Assembly (NCBI GenBank): GCA_977030845.1
Contig: OZ365116.1
Span: 18,042,001 to 18,106,000, forward strand
DNA from: Fimbriosthenelais zetlandica
Taxonomy: Eukaryota
Direction of reading: 5' to 3'
Length of the DNA: 64,000 nt
Shown here: one piece after another, positions 40,408 to 53,470 of the stretch
Layout of the letters: each line of letters starts with the position of its first letter
Numbering within the stretch: the first letter of the stretch is position 1
Position numbers and translations under genes: made by a program
Notes under the pieces: model-generated
The model's input: only the letters and a program-made list of their open reading frames with translations
The model's database searches: none
What the model was told of the DNA's origin: nothing

Positions 40408-43323
40408 TTAGAAGTAGTCTAATTCGCCCTTTTTGCTGAAACCTCCTTTAGACGACCACTTAGTTGCCATCCCAAGTTTCTGGCTGTCATCTGAGGCTCT
40501 CCTTGAGTTTTTAGAAGACTTCGGCTTGTTGCTCTTCTCCTTACTTTTTGTGCTTTTCCTCTCCCGTGGTGGCGATGGAGGTGGTGACCGTGACTTGCGA
40601 TGGGAGGACTTTCCCTTTGCCTTTTCCAGCGTTTTCTTTTGTTTCGCATACATTTTCTTCTGCTCCTCTGCTTTTCTTCTTATTTCAGCTTCCGACTCTG
40701 AAGATGATTCAGAAGAGCTAGACATCTCACTCGATTCTTTGGACTTATCAGATTTTTTGGACGATCCTGAATCTGACCCGCTACGTGATTTTGTTGTATC
40801 AGACTCACTATCAGACTCCTCACTACTGGAACTTTCACTGGACTCCCCTGAAGACTGCTTCTTCTTCTTTTTTTTCTGATCATTCTTTTTATCCTTACCG
40901 GCAGCTACCTTTGAGTCGGACTTCACCTTATTAACTACATGTTTCTCTGGCTGAAAATTGTCATCATCATTGACAGATACAACAGTGAGTCCTCCGCTAA
41001 GGTTGTTTGCCACTTTTGGTACAGGGTGGTCATTGACTGGGAAGATTGCCACTGGTACGGTGTTGTCATCAGCAGACTGAATAAGGTTAACTGAATTTGG
41101 CCGGACTGTTGCAACGTCCCTGTCATCATCTAATCCAATGACCACGCGACAAGAGGCCACATTGTCATTGACATTGACAACGGAGCTTTGATCACCAGGA
41201 GTTGGTCCAGAGTAATTAGCAGTATTGCCAACCATCCATGGTTCCACCTGTGGTGGTTTATAAGGCACAGGGGTGTAAACTGGTGCAAATGGTTGCTGCT
41301 GGACAGTCCTGATAACTGGTCCATAGACGGATGAATTGGGAGCTGGGGCAGGGTTCATTAAAGCTTGATTCAGTACATATGGATTGATGGGTATCAGAAT
41401 AGGTTGTACATCAGTGACTGGATTCATCAATGGCGCGTTTTCTGGCGCTGGACATACTCTAATCAACGAGTTGGTTTTGGTTGAGGGTCGAAATATTACC
41501 TTTGAGGGTGCTCCAATGTTATTCATTTGTTCCTGCTTTTGTTTCTTTTGGACTATTTTCTCCCCCACTTCGTCATCAGGCCCTCCGACCTCTATGATAA
41601 GTTTGGTACGCTTTCGTTTCTCCCCTTTATGATAGATATCTGCCTCCTCTGCAACAACAGACGGAATGTCATCCTTCTTCTTGCTTTTTCTCTGCTTCTT
41701 CTGAACTTGGGCCTTTTCTTTTTTGGTATTACTCCCTACCACTACAACAGTCTTTTCCTTCCTTACTGACTTCTTATTAGACTTCTCCTGGGACTTCTCT
41801 TTCACCTTCTTCACTTCGTCCTCTTTCTTTTCTTTAGCCCATTGAGGTATGACAGCAGGACTTTTGGTATTTTTAGCATCGTTTTCGGTTTCTGGATCCT
41901 TGAATAACTTATCAATTCTACTTTCCTCATCTAAAATAAAAAGATGAAATAATTTAGATGAAATTTAATGTCTATTTAATCACAAAAAATCAAACTATAC
42001 AATGTAAATCATTGCAAACAATGCAAATGTAAACACACTTACCTTCTTTTTTGCCGCAGGGGCAGCAAAAGCAGCATCCAGCCTCCTCGGCATCAGTAGC
42101 TTCAGCTTTCTCATTGGCCTTCTCCACCTCCGGCCTTTTCTTGCACTTCACACAAACCACAATGATAATGATGACCAGAGCCACAGCAACCACAGCCAGG
42201 ATGAATGCCCAGAGAAAAGTGAACACACGCTGCCATGACCACAGAGTCAAAGATTCCCTGCAAAACAATACCATACATATAATTTGCCATCGCAATATTT
42301 CATGCCTGCCGTTTCAGGAATATGAGTACAAGGCACTTATGTGGCACAAGTACAAGCACTAAAGTAAGTACCAAGTACCAAAGTACCAAAGTATGGTGAT
42401 TATAATTGGGCAACATAGCTTACTTGAACTTTTCAAGTAATGCTTTCAGTTCTTGCCCAGCATTGTTTCTGTTGATTCTCGTCAGCGTGTCGTCTATTGC
42501 ATTGGTGGAGTAATCGAGAGGCAGGCGCTTTAACGCACTTCTTCCAGAGGAAATCCCAATCTGTATGAAAGAAGTGGGTGCACGATATTATAAAATAATG
42601 CCTATGACAGACAATGCTCGAGCATATACATTGGCTGTTATTTCACCAATAACAAAGGCTCATACCATGTTTGAAGCTGGCACGTAGACAACTACCACAT
42701 CATTCTCACAGGAGCCATACTTCCATGTTAACCTCAGACCTTCAGCGAAATTATCAGAAATGAGTCGATGCTGCTGGTTATTGAACCTAAAACATCAAAC
42801 AAACTTTATTCAAATTACGGTATCTTCAATTTGATATGCAAGGTTCATATTGTTCATATATATATATGATTATTGATGAACATTTCAAGGAATCGTACCC
42901 TGCAGTGTTATCTATTCTGGGTACAATGGCCAATGCCACCCTGTAGCCCTCATCAGGAGAGTCAGCTATGTCTTCACATGCCTGGCCTTTTGTTATGTCA
43001 TACGTGTCTGTTATGATCTGTCCTATAGAGTCAACTGGAAGTGCAATAATTAAAATGGTTAATGCAGTGAAGGGAGAACATTGAAATTAGATTTAAGTAT
43101 ATAAGCTGGAATGTTACATATTACTTAAATACTTACCATCTGATTGAGATATGATATTATTGGCATTACAGACGTACGATCCAGAGATTTGGGCGCAACT
43201 TGCTGGGCTGATTTGGGGGTTGGGGTAATTGTTTATGGTGTAGGCTGGATCAATTTGGGCCATCGCAAATTGACTTATATTGAAGATCATCAGAAGTAAG
43301 ATTTTCACCTTTATCCAGCTCAT
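40408..43323 (-). CDS. TPM/MOLO-1-like type I membrane protein, paralog A (772 aa, long low-complexity cytoplasmic tail)
   Basis: Exons 43323-43137, 43034-42899, 42786-42666, 42560-42424, 42257-42043, 41930-40408 (2319 nt, in frame). Signal peptide, YPNPQISPASC..YVCNANNII, EGYRVALAIV, FAEGLRLTWKYGSCENDVVV, TM segment (FLWAFILAVVAVALVIIIIVVC), CCFCCPC cluster. Confidence 0.82.
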
Positions 43324-45148
43324 GATGCCGCTTTTTCCTAAATGAAATTGGAAAAAAATCCTTTATGTTAGGGTCCCTTAGATTATAGATTTATATTTCC
43401 TAAATCTTCTACTTGACATTTATTATAAAATTGGTATTGGTAATGGACATTTCTTGGAAAGATGATCTTAATAATTCATGTGTATCAGTGCACAATCAGT
43501 GCATGTGACAAGACTATTTCAGACTGACGTTTAGTATACTAGGTAGTAATGGGTAATGTTATTATTGGGTCGATCCAATCGCCATACCAGTGGTTGGAGT
43601 AGCAATCAAGCCTCGCGGCCAGGTGGGTGTAATTCATAGTTCCCCTCAATCAAGACAGCCTATATATAAAATGAATTGTTTACCTTGAGCTTGAAGCGTT
43701 TTCAACACTGATCCAAGTTGACACCAAAAGGAGGAAATGAAAATCCAAAATGGCTGCCGTGAGCTGAGAACTTAAACTTCTAGAGCTTCTTCACCAAAAA
43801 GTTTCCCAACAAGGCCTGACACTCGCACTGGTGCTACTACTGGTAAGGTTACAACAAAGGGCGGGGACCTTTGCATATATACACCTATAGGTTGTTGGGG
43901 GAAAGAGGGTAAACTCTTCTACCCCACCCCATAGGTCTACATGGAGCGATGATGGACTGACTAAACTTGCACTAAGAAGAGAGATGGGGGTTGACCTGGT
44001 AGTATTTGTTTAAGGAGAGGTGTGTTGGTACCTTACAATGAAGCTCTGCATGTAGGTCTGAATTCTCTACTATAATATTATGGCCTATGCAAGGGCTTAT
44101 GTGCCAATTGTTTTATATTAATTATAGTCTTTTGAGGTAGACCATTTTAGCTAATAACATCACATTATACATGACACAGGACATGACATGCATGAGATTT
44201 ACCAATCTTGATCCATATATATTTCTTCCACGCGTGATAACATCTTTTTTCTTCCAGTAAGAGTAAAGTTGTGGTGTCTTAGTATCACGAATATATAAGG
44301 ATATGATACACAAACGTTCGAAACAATAGAACAGGTGCAGACACGACTCATTTCTCGTGTGATCACCAAATTGGGTTCTTCCTCTTCAGGTATAAGAGTA
44401 ATGGAAGACAATGTTTGAGAAGGATTTCTTGAGACCCCATTCCTTCTATGGTTTCCTTGTTTGGAGAACTTGGTGACAGTGACACTGTCTGTGTAGATAA
44501 CCTGAATTCTCCAAGGTGTCTTTCTTCAAATATTGAACTCCAAATCTTGGACCTGCTAACTTTGTTGGTCAGGTGGGGGAAGCAGGCAAGTGTTAGTGTT
44601 GGGGTTGAATACAGACTGTTTATGTGGGGCAATCTTTTAAAACTGACATGATCAGGAAGGGTAATATACATGTAGTATCTGAGATTCAAACAGGGGTTTA
44701 GGTCTTCTTCTCAGGAATAGGTTATGTGAGATGTCGAGATGCACATCGACTAAAAAGGCCTTCTCCCAAATGCCAACATATTCTTTTCTTTTGACTTAGA
44801 GTTAAATTAGAGATCATTCTAAAAAGAAAATGTACTTTTCTCGCCCTGGGACAAGACAAAACCAATTCCAATTCCCGTTTCCCCTCAGTGATTCCCCTTC
44901 CTCCTATATATGTCTAACAGATCACTGAGCATCGAATGTAATGGCGCCACGGCTCCGTAGCGCCACCGTCGACAGAGGCATGAACTAGGGCCAACGGAGA
45001 AATCGATACCAATGGAGAAATCGAGACTGAATCATATAATTTCAAACGTTTAATTTACTATTTGTACATGGGGAGTAGGTTGATTGATACAGTTCGATAA
45101 TATTGTTTATTTAACTGAAAAATATATATATACATGTATGTTGAACAA

Positions 45149-47034
45149 TTATTTCTTTTTCCATCTTTTGCGGCCATATTCCGGATCGTATGCAGCATTG
45201 CTTTTCCTTAGGGCTTTCTTAGCCCTGTGCTTGCGTTGGGCAGTACTAAGGTAGACAAAGCTGTAAGCTACTATGTAGAGAAATAACAGAACAAGAGCTG
45301 CTCCCAGGACTGCTGCTACTCCGAAAATAATAAGGCGATAGGTCTTCCATCTTTCCACTGCCCCAGTCAGGTGCTCACTGATGATCAAATAAGAGATGTT
45401 ATTTATGCACTTTATATTTGAAGAGTTTTCTTTTAGAAGAATTGAAAAGCATCATTATATATACGGCCAATTATTTTAATATTTCCAAGCAAAATATTAA
45501 TTCAGCATTACCCATTTTTTATGGATTTGCACCATGATTTCTGTTTTAGAACTTACTAGAATTCAGAAAGAATCCATAAGGTCTCAACCCCAATAGTTCT
45601 CTCGTTTAGTCGAGTTATGGCTTCATCAATTATTTCTTTTATCATTTCAGACGGAAGAAGGCTTCCTACTTTGTTGCCCACAGACACACCAATCTGCAAT
45701 GAGGTGAGACTTCCTTTATAGAGTATGATATATCAATTCATAAGAACTTTGTCCGGTCATTATATTGGTGTAAGATTAGTAACAATTACCGTATTTCCCA
45801 TCCTGGAGACAACTATAGTGACATCATTTTCACAAGTCCCATATCGCCATGAATCGTTACGAAGTGTTAGGGCAAAATTGTTGGCCACTGCTCTTTGCTG
45901 TGAAGCACTTAAACTGAAAGAGGAAAAAGGTTTTACTTGTCAGGAGTTCGTTATGAAACACTGAGAGTCAAAATATTCATTAACCTTGCCTGGGGCTTAC
46001 CCATTCGTGTTGTACAAGTCATGAAGTAGGACGACAGCCATTCTGTATCCTTCATCTCCATCTTCTTTGCACACTCCTCTACTGTTGTTGTATGCCAGAG
46101 AAATCATCCTCTCCATAGCAATCACTGCAGTCAAAATTATTACAATTTACATCAATTAATTCACAAAATAATATCTGACTCTCACTCTGACATACCCTAT
46201 CTGACTCTCATGCGTTCTGACACACCCTTTCTGACTCTTACTCGCTCTGATACTGACTCTCAGGCGCTCTGACACTTACTCACTCTGACACATCATTTAA
46301 TGTGAAAGAGACTATATATACCCACCAGTATTGTTTGTAACTAAAAAGTTGGGATCACAGACATAGCCTGCCTTTGTTAAATAGGTCACTCCGCAGGCTG
46401 ATGGGTTAGTTTTTGGATTCGGAACATCTGAAGCTTGCCATGACATTGTATTTGTTGTAGTAGGAGTTTGTATGGTACCACTAATAATCTTTAATAAACA
46501 TAAGCATCATAAGTCATGGGATAATCAATTATCACTAACAAATATCCAACTATAGGAATTAGGCAACGCCGGGTGACAGTTTTAGAATGATTAAACATAC
46601 GGAGGAAGTCATTGGAGGATATATGGTACAGTATTGTGAAAAAATAACAATCGGTATTGTCTGATATTCTTATCATGACTACATAATGCATAGGACTATA
46701 CATCGTATACATGTAGGATTATACATTACGTAGATAGCAAATCATTGTATCAAGTCGTGGATGAGCATGTCACTCATCAAATAATGAGCGCCTCCAACCT
46801 CAACAACTGAATAATTCACAGCATGAATATTCTGCTGAAAGTCATGGCAACAGATCCAGACCATGACCAGGTCCCCTCGTCCTTGTATAACGAGAACTAA
46901 TGCTCACATTATGGACAGAAGTGGATTTGCTGTATTCAAAAACAATTATTGGTCAATTTGGGCAAATGATCAATGGAATAAAATGATATACTTACCGGTA
47001 GGATCGAGATTATTGTGATAAATACGCAATCCAT
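45149..47034 (-). CDS. TPM/MOLO-1-like type I membrane protein, paralog B (271 aa, short basic tail)
   Basis: Exons 47034-46996, 46488-46326, 46124-46001, 45913-45790, 45693-45557, 45377-45149 (816 nt, in frame). VPNPKTNPSACG..YVCDPN, EGYRMAVVL, FALTLRNDSWRYGTCENDVTI, TM segment LIIFGVAAVLGAALVLLFLYIVA. The 39-nt first exon is less certain. Confidence 0.8.
46185..46295. repeat. TCTGAC(T/A)CT-rich simple repeat; related copy at 48450-48535
   Basis: CCTTTCTGACTCTTACTCG(C/T)TCTG is shared by both tracts. Confidence 0.75.
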
Positions 47035-48772
47035 GATGAATTCTACCAAGTTAGGCTAACAATCATTATCTCCCCCATATATAGTAAACCTCAGGATAGA
47101 GGTACATGTGTAATATTAACCTTTCCCTCGATCAAGATTATTACGTAGTTTCATCTTCCATGTTTGTGACCCGTTGAAGTAGTCGAAAATGCACAGGTAG
47201 GCTAACCCTGCTTCGAAAATATGCCTATTTAGTTATTATGTCAATATGATATCCCATTCTGTGGATTGTGGACTGGTCTGTCTCGCTGGTAGATCTATAT
47301 ATGAGGACATCTGTGTGCAAAGATCCATTCACAAACCACCCATAGACTGCCATAGATGATGATGCCCTTTTTTCCCTGCGCATGACCGTGACCGAGGGAG
47401 TCTGTGTGGTATAGGTTAGATGAGTAGTGAGGGGGACAAGGTGATGCTAATCATTCAATCCTGCAGGAAAACACTTAAATATCGTCCATACCATGTAGAA
47501 TAATTATACGGTATTGTTTGTTTAAATTCCAGAAAATTCAATATAAATAATATGATGTAAGAAAAGTAGAAATGTCTCCTGGAGGAAGGAGCTATGTCAT
47601 ACTGTTACAATATATTTTCCCCCGCAGTGGCAAAATCCACTTCAAAAGATAAGAACAACCGCATTTTATTTATCTATTTGTCAGCGTTTCTAGGTCGAGG
47701 TCGGTGTTTGCAGGGTATTAAATAGGCTTAACCAGATTCTCTGTTAATACCTGCCCTAGATATTATGTAAAATATTATAGTGCTCAGTAAAATAGTCCCT
47801 CAAAAACATGTCCCCATTTCTTTACTCGACCCAATGTTGAAAGGTAAACACTTTCCTACAACCTGGTGGGGTGTGTGTTTGGGGGGGGGGTGAATCATCC
47901 AAGCCTACTCACGGTGAAATACAGCATTGCTATATAGATCCTAATCCTCATTGACATGCCTTGTTCCCCTTGAATTTAGTTTTCTTTATTGCAATTTTCA
48001 ATCAAATATGTATTCCCCCAGTATAGTCTTTCTATCATGGCTGGCATAGATGTAAAATGAACTGTACCAGAAGTTATTGTGGGTCTTTCCTTCCTCCATC
48101 GTAATGGAGATGAACGAGCTATCTGAGATGGCAGACAAGTTCCAGACATACTAGTAAGCCATCTCCATGCTATAATATTCCAATGAAAACCAGAGTCTTT
48201 ATTATATATAATATTGTTTTAGTTTATTCACATACATCATATAAGATTCGCCTTTTATTTTCTTGATAATATAAAACATCTGTAGTCTGACCATAACATT
48301 TTCAAACTGCAATCTCCCTGACCCAAACTGCCACAATCCCATCCCATAATATGTTTCATTATCAAAGCTTTATGGGTATATACCTTGTTTAAAACAAGTG
48401 ACGATTACTTGTTATCTATATATAGATCTATATTTATTTTACACTCGCCATGACACATCCTTTCTGACTCTTACTCGTTCTGTCACACCCTTTCTGACAC
48501 TTACTCGCTCTTACTCACCCTGTCACATATACTAAATCTGACCGAGTATTATGAAAATAATTTAAAATTATTTTAAGCATTTAATATATTGACACATAAT
48601 TCGTGATCACAATTATAATCATCTTTCTATTCACATTACTAAGAAGAGTAATCTGTTATACATGTATAAGAAAACATCAATAGCTCTACCTGTGACCCTA
48701 TTATATTCTCTGCATCCTCATGAAATTAAATAAATTTAAAATTGAAAAATAAATGCAACCAAAGGAAAATGC

Positions 48773-51255
48773 TTAGAAAATATTGGCTGGATCTCCTCTT
48801 TGAGACCCTCCTCCGAAATAGCCAGAATTCCTGTCGCTGCGATAGCTGTTGGTCTCGCAGACGCTTGATGGGCGGTCATTCTGGTTGTTGTAGTAATGGC
48901 TAGCTTCCACTTCTGACTGTTCCTTAATGGATTGGTCTCTTACATTGTGATATGTTTGATAGTCAGCCCCGCCTCCATCCGCTGTAAAATAGTCGAAAAT
49001 TATGAGACTGTGCTCTTAATATATGCATGGGGAACAATCTAATTTATTTCCAACCATTCAAGAAATATACAATGAACGCTGAAGAATCCCAATTAGGGAC
49101 TTAGCATGTATAGATATATTGGATAAAATTCGTTTAAAAACGAAGACAAAAGTAGCATTAGAAATTTACTTTTCCATATTATGCTAAATCTACATTGTTA
49201 GTATAGCATCAAAGCATGGTGGTCGTATGCACCTTGATGGAGAAGTCCAGATGAAGTTAATGAAGGTCTGTATCTAACAGGCAAGTGGCAGGCGTGTGAG
49301 GTATATTGAGGTGTTAGTCTGAAGTTTCCCGACCCACCTAGCCTAGCACATTATCTATATTCTATTCTATTATGTACAAGGTTAATTTGTATCAATTTTT
49401 TTAAGCAATTTTCTTTATTTATGTTAGTGAGGTGAATAGCCTATATGTATGAATCCATAATTTCTTTGGACGCGGAAGCTTAAGAAATTTATAATCATTT
49501 AAATCATAGCTAACCCGGATTTTGATTCCGACTAACCCTGCCAAACCAAGTACGACGTTCCCTCTTATTGCTCGGTGTCTCAGACTGCCTCACTTCTCTA
49601 CCTTCTCTAGCACCTTTAGTGCTTCTAAACCATAAATTTAATGTAATGAATGGGATAGAATACCAAGTCTTTAATTATTGCTATGTTGACTGGTGTACAT
49701 TTGCATTCATAGTCATTTGAGAAATGAAACCATAATTATCTGAGTCAATGGAAAATGGAAATTGTATATCTTACCTTCCAAATAGGAAGATTTTGGGCTT
49801 TTTACCCTCAGCACGTTGTGTTCTCCGCTGCTCTTGTTCGTTATCTGAGCCCTTACACTTTCTGCCACAGTAAGATGCTGCTGCAGCTGATAGGGCAAGC
49901 AGGGCAATGAAACCAAGGCAGATCCCAACAGCTCCAACTATGGTCCATACATCAGGTCCTGAAGCTGTTACTCTATTATTATTATTACCTGATGGGTTGG
50001 TATTTGATTCACGAACACCAACCGATGCTCTGTAAAGACATGACATAATATTTGAACAGCTATAATACAAAATATATATGAGTCAGTGAAGTACATTTAA
50101 ATACGCCCATATAGTTAAATAAATATAAACACTTTTATATGCACAATGGATATTTTCAATCTTACCCAATTTCCTTGACGATCCGTTTGGCCTCTTGAGA
50201 GATGTCAGCATATGAATTAATTTTCAACATATTATTTATGTTAATATTATTCCTTCTCATATAGATGTCCACATCTTTTCCCATTGAGAGAGCAGCCAAC
50301 TGAAATTAAATGATAAAATCATACGTCTTTTAATTCATTCCGAAAATTACATTAATCAAGATAGATAGATATAATTAATGCTTTATCGCACCTTTGGTGT
50401 TTTAGAAACCACTAGAACCATGTCATCCTCGCATGCGCCGGCAAATCTCCAACTTATTCTTCGAAGATAATCAGCAAATTTCTGTGTCCTTTCCTGTGCT
50501 GTAACAGGGTTGCCACTTAAATACATAAAAGGTCATTCAGAACACTCTTGATATCGATTAGACTATAATATTTCAATATTAATTCAGGGCATTCATGAAT
50601 TTACATAACTAACAAGCATGATGCATACAATGTTATTAAACAGACACTGTAACTATTATGAATGTTAGTCACCTATAGGATACAATTCTTTCCACCATTC
50701 CCACAGCTAGTCTGATCCCTGGGCGGTCATCTTTGCAGTTTGATGAACATTGACAGCCTTCTCCATTATTCATTTTTCGTATCATGTCATCCACGTATTT
50801 CTCTATAAGCAAAGTGAAATATTGCAAGCCATATAGAGTCTATACAGTATGCATATAAATTTGTATATATTTTTGCAATTTATATTAGAGGAATAATCTA
50901 GAATTGCAGTGGTCGGAATATTCATAAGAAGCCACATATGTATACCGTCTTTCGGGAATGAGAAAGATGACAACTTACCGTCTGAATCTTTCAATAATAC
51001 ACTTGGATCACAGATATAGGACCTGCTTGGAGGATAGTCCCGTGGATGACATCCCTGTGGATTATTTTGTGGATTTGGATAGGCTTCCTTGTTCCAGATA
51101 GGTCTGAGCGTGGGTACATATCTTGGTATATTATTGGAGGACCCCACTGTTTCAGGGCCGTTTGTTGGGGGATAATAGGTAGTTCTCCCAATGACCAAGT
51201 CTAGGCATAACCCCAGAATGCCAAACGACAATAACCAAAGATCTTTTTGTTCCAT
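48773..51255 (-). CDS. TPM/MOLO-1-like type I membrane protein, paralog C (389 aa)
   Basis: Exons 51255-50979, 50802-50673, 50515-50392, 50299-50166, 50029-49775, 49273-49233 (putative 41 nt), 48981-48773 (1170 nt, in frame). WNKEAYPNPQNNPQGC..SYICDPSVLL, CQCSSNC..GIRLAVGMV, FADYLRRISWRFAGACEDDMVLVV, TM segment VWTIVGAVGICLGFIALLALS. Confidence 0.82.
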
Positions 51256-52299
51256 GTTGTCCTATGTCCTAATGTTAAATTGCCTCCTATTTGGAAATAT
51301 ATTTATCAAATATTCACTTGATAAATTTCCTGTAATGCTTGCTTTCCAGGTCTCTGAATATGTTGGTTTTAATGGTTGTCCTCACTTGGAATTCTACCCA
51401 ATGATATGGAAGGAGGAAATAGCGTATACCCACCTAACCCAACCTGTGTAGAGACAATACACTTGGCTAAATAAAAACCTGAAACGCTGATCCTTGAGAA
51501 TATAATACAAAGAGGGAATAATTTCCCTCGTGGAAATCGAACTTTCCGGCGAGCTCGAAAAAGGCACCGACTATGATGATTCAGGTTATTATTTGGAAAG
51601 AGGGCATGAAAGACACGAGCATACCGTAAAAAAGGTAATATTTGTTTGTCAGCAGTTTCCCCCTCCCCTCTTCCCCCTATATCTACCTGTGGAATGGTCC
51701 CTTTCTAACCCCACCCCAGCAAACATTGCCTTCACGAGGGCAACATCATTATTTGCATGCCCCAATCTCGCCTTGGGTAAACTCCACAGCATAAACTTGC
51801 CAGGTAGCCTATAGATATGTACAATACCATTACATCTTATTTCATGCTCGCTCATGTGGTTAACACGGAAAAATTGACATGTGATTTTCATTGCAGGATT
51901 TTGAAAAAGCTTTCATCAGAGTTCTACATGTTAACAAATAATAGGAATGAAGATGTCTACACGTCAAACAGATGTTACAGACATGCATAGAAGGTTGCCT
52001 ACACATTGAGCGAAAGTGACGTCGATGGTGGGGACAGATGTACGGCTGTACCAATCACCACGCCCGGGGGCAAGAGTCACTCTTGCCGCACTACATGTAT
52101 GCACTCCGCTCATGAATATAGGCGGATCCATGTGGGTTTGGGAGGTGAGTGTCATGACCTATCCCCCGTTTCAGAGATGCCAGGGATTTAAAGGTTAAGA
52201 AATTACCAAAAACATTTCAATTGTGACGATCCTAGCCCCCTAGAGATCATTTCTACGAAGTTTGAGCCAATTTGCTTTTTGAGGTAAAAGTGCTATTCT

Positions 52300-53140
52300 G
52301 TATTCAGTGTATTTTCTCTCAGAAAACACTCTGCAATATTCTCAATTTCTTCAGTGCTAATTCAACGGGAGTTAAATTCAGGCATCATTTATGAAGTATT
52401 TAACCATTATTTGGTCCCAAACTCCATGTATGATTCTAGATACACTTTTTATCTTTTCACATGTTGGGTTTTGACTTAATTTAATTGTAATTTATTTCAG
52501 AAATGGCCCCTGAGTGAGCAGATAGCGACCCACACTACGACGCCACCTGCGGCAGAAGCGTGAACTATCGCTCAGTGCTTACTCAATGGAAGAATTGTTT
52601 TCGCCTCTTTTCTCTTTTATCGCATATTGAGGTGTTTTCTGGTCACAGTAGTCTTGCATACAGGTAGATATAATTGTCATCTATTCATATAGTGTATTTT
52701 GAGTCCATTGAAGTGTATTTTCTCTCAGAAAACACTCGGGAATCATCTTAATTTATCCAGTGCTAGTTCAACGGGAGCAAATATCAGGCATAATTTATGA
52801 AGCATTTGGCCATTTTCTGGTCCCAAACTCCATGCATGATTCTAGATACCCATTTAATCTATTCACATGTAGGGTTTTGATTTAATTAAACTTTAATTTA
52901 TTTCAGAAATGGCTTCTGAATGTGCTGATAGCGTCCCGTACTACGACGCCACCTTCGGCAGAAGCGTGAACTACCGTTCAATGCTATCTCAATGGAAAAA
53001 TGGGTTCCGCCTCTTCTATCGAATATTCAGGAGTTCCCTGGCTACAGACACCATGTAAGCAGGTAGATATATATTTTCCATGTATTTATATTTTGTATTT
53101 TGACCACAATGAAGTGTATTTTCTCTGGAAAACACTATGC
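52300..53140. repeat. Tandem duplication, 406-bp unit (2 full copies plus the start of a third)
   Basis: AGTGTATTTTCTCT(CA/G)GAAAACACT near 52306, 52710 and 53111; TTTCAGAAATGGC near 52495 and 52901. Confidence 0.93.
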
Positions 53141-53364
53141 AGAAATATGAACTGAAGATTTTCAGGTCTCGCAACAGCAAATAATTTATATACAACCCGA
53201 ATCAACTATTAAGCTTTTCATAGGACCTATAAACATTTTCTTGGATTTTAATTTATGTCTAAAATGTGTATTTGCCCTCCTACCGCAGCAGATTGAACAA
53301 AATCTATAAGAAATATTATTCTTTTTACAAATGTTTTTATCTTGCCACTTCCAGCTTGATTACA

Positions 53365-53470
53365 CAAACCACTTCCGGTGTACGCCATGGCTTATTTACG
53401 ACTGATTCCGTGGATGAAAACTCGCTATTTCTCCCTTTGTCCGGCCTCGTCTGACCTTGATAAGGTAAGC
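53365..53470 (+). promoter_or_regulatory. Candidate TSS/first exon: ETS motif followed by a strong splice donor
   Basis: ACTTCCGG at 53371-53378; AAG|GTAAGC donor at 53465. No downstream coding exon identified. Confidence 0.3.

Noticed and set aside
40433-41769. Several plus-strand and alternative-frame ORFs
   Set aside because: Shadows of the low-complexity last exon of paralog A.
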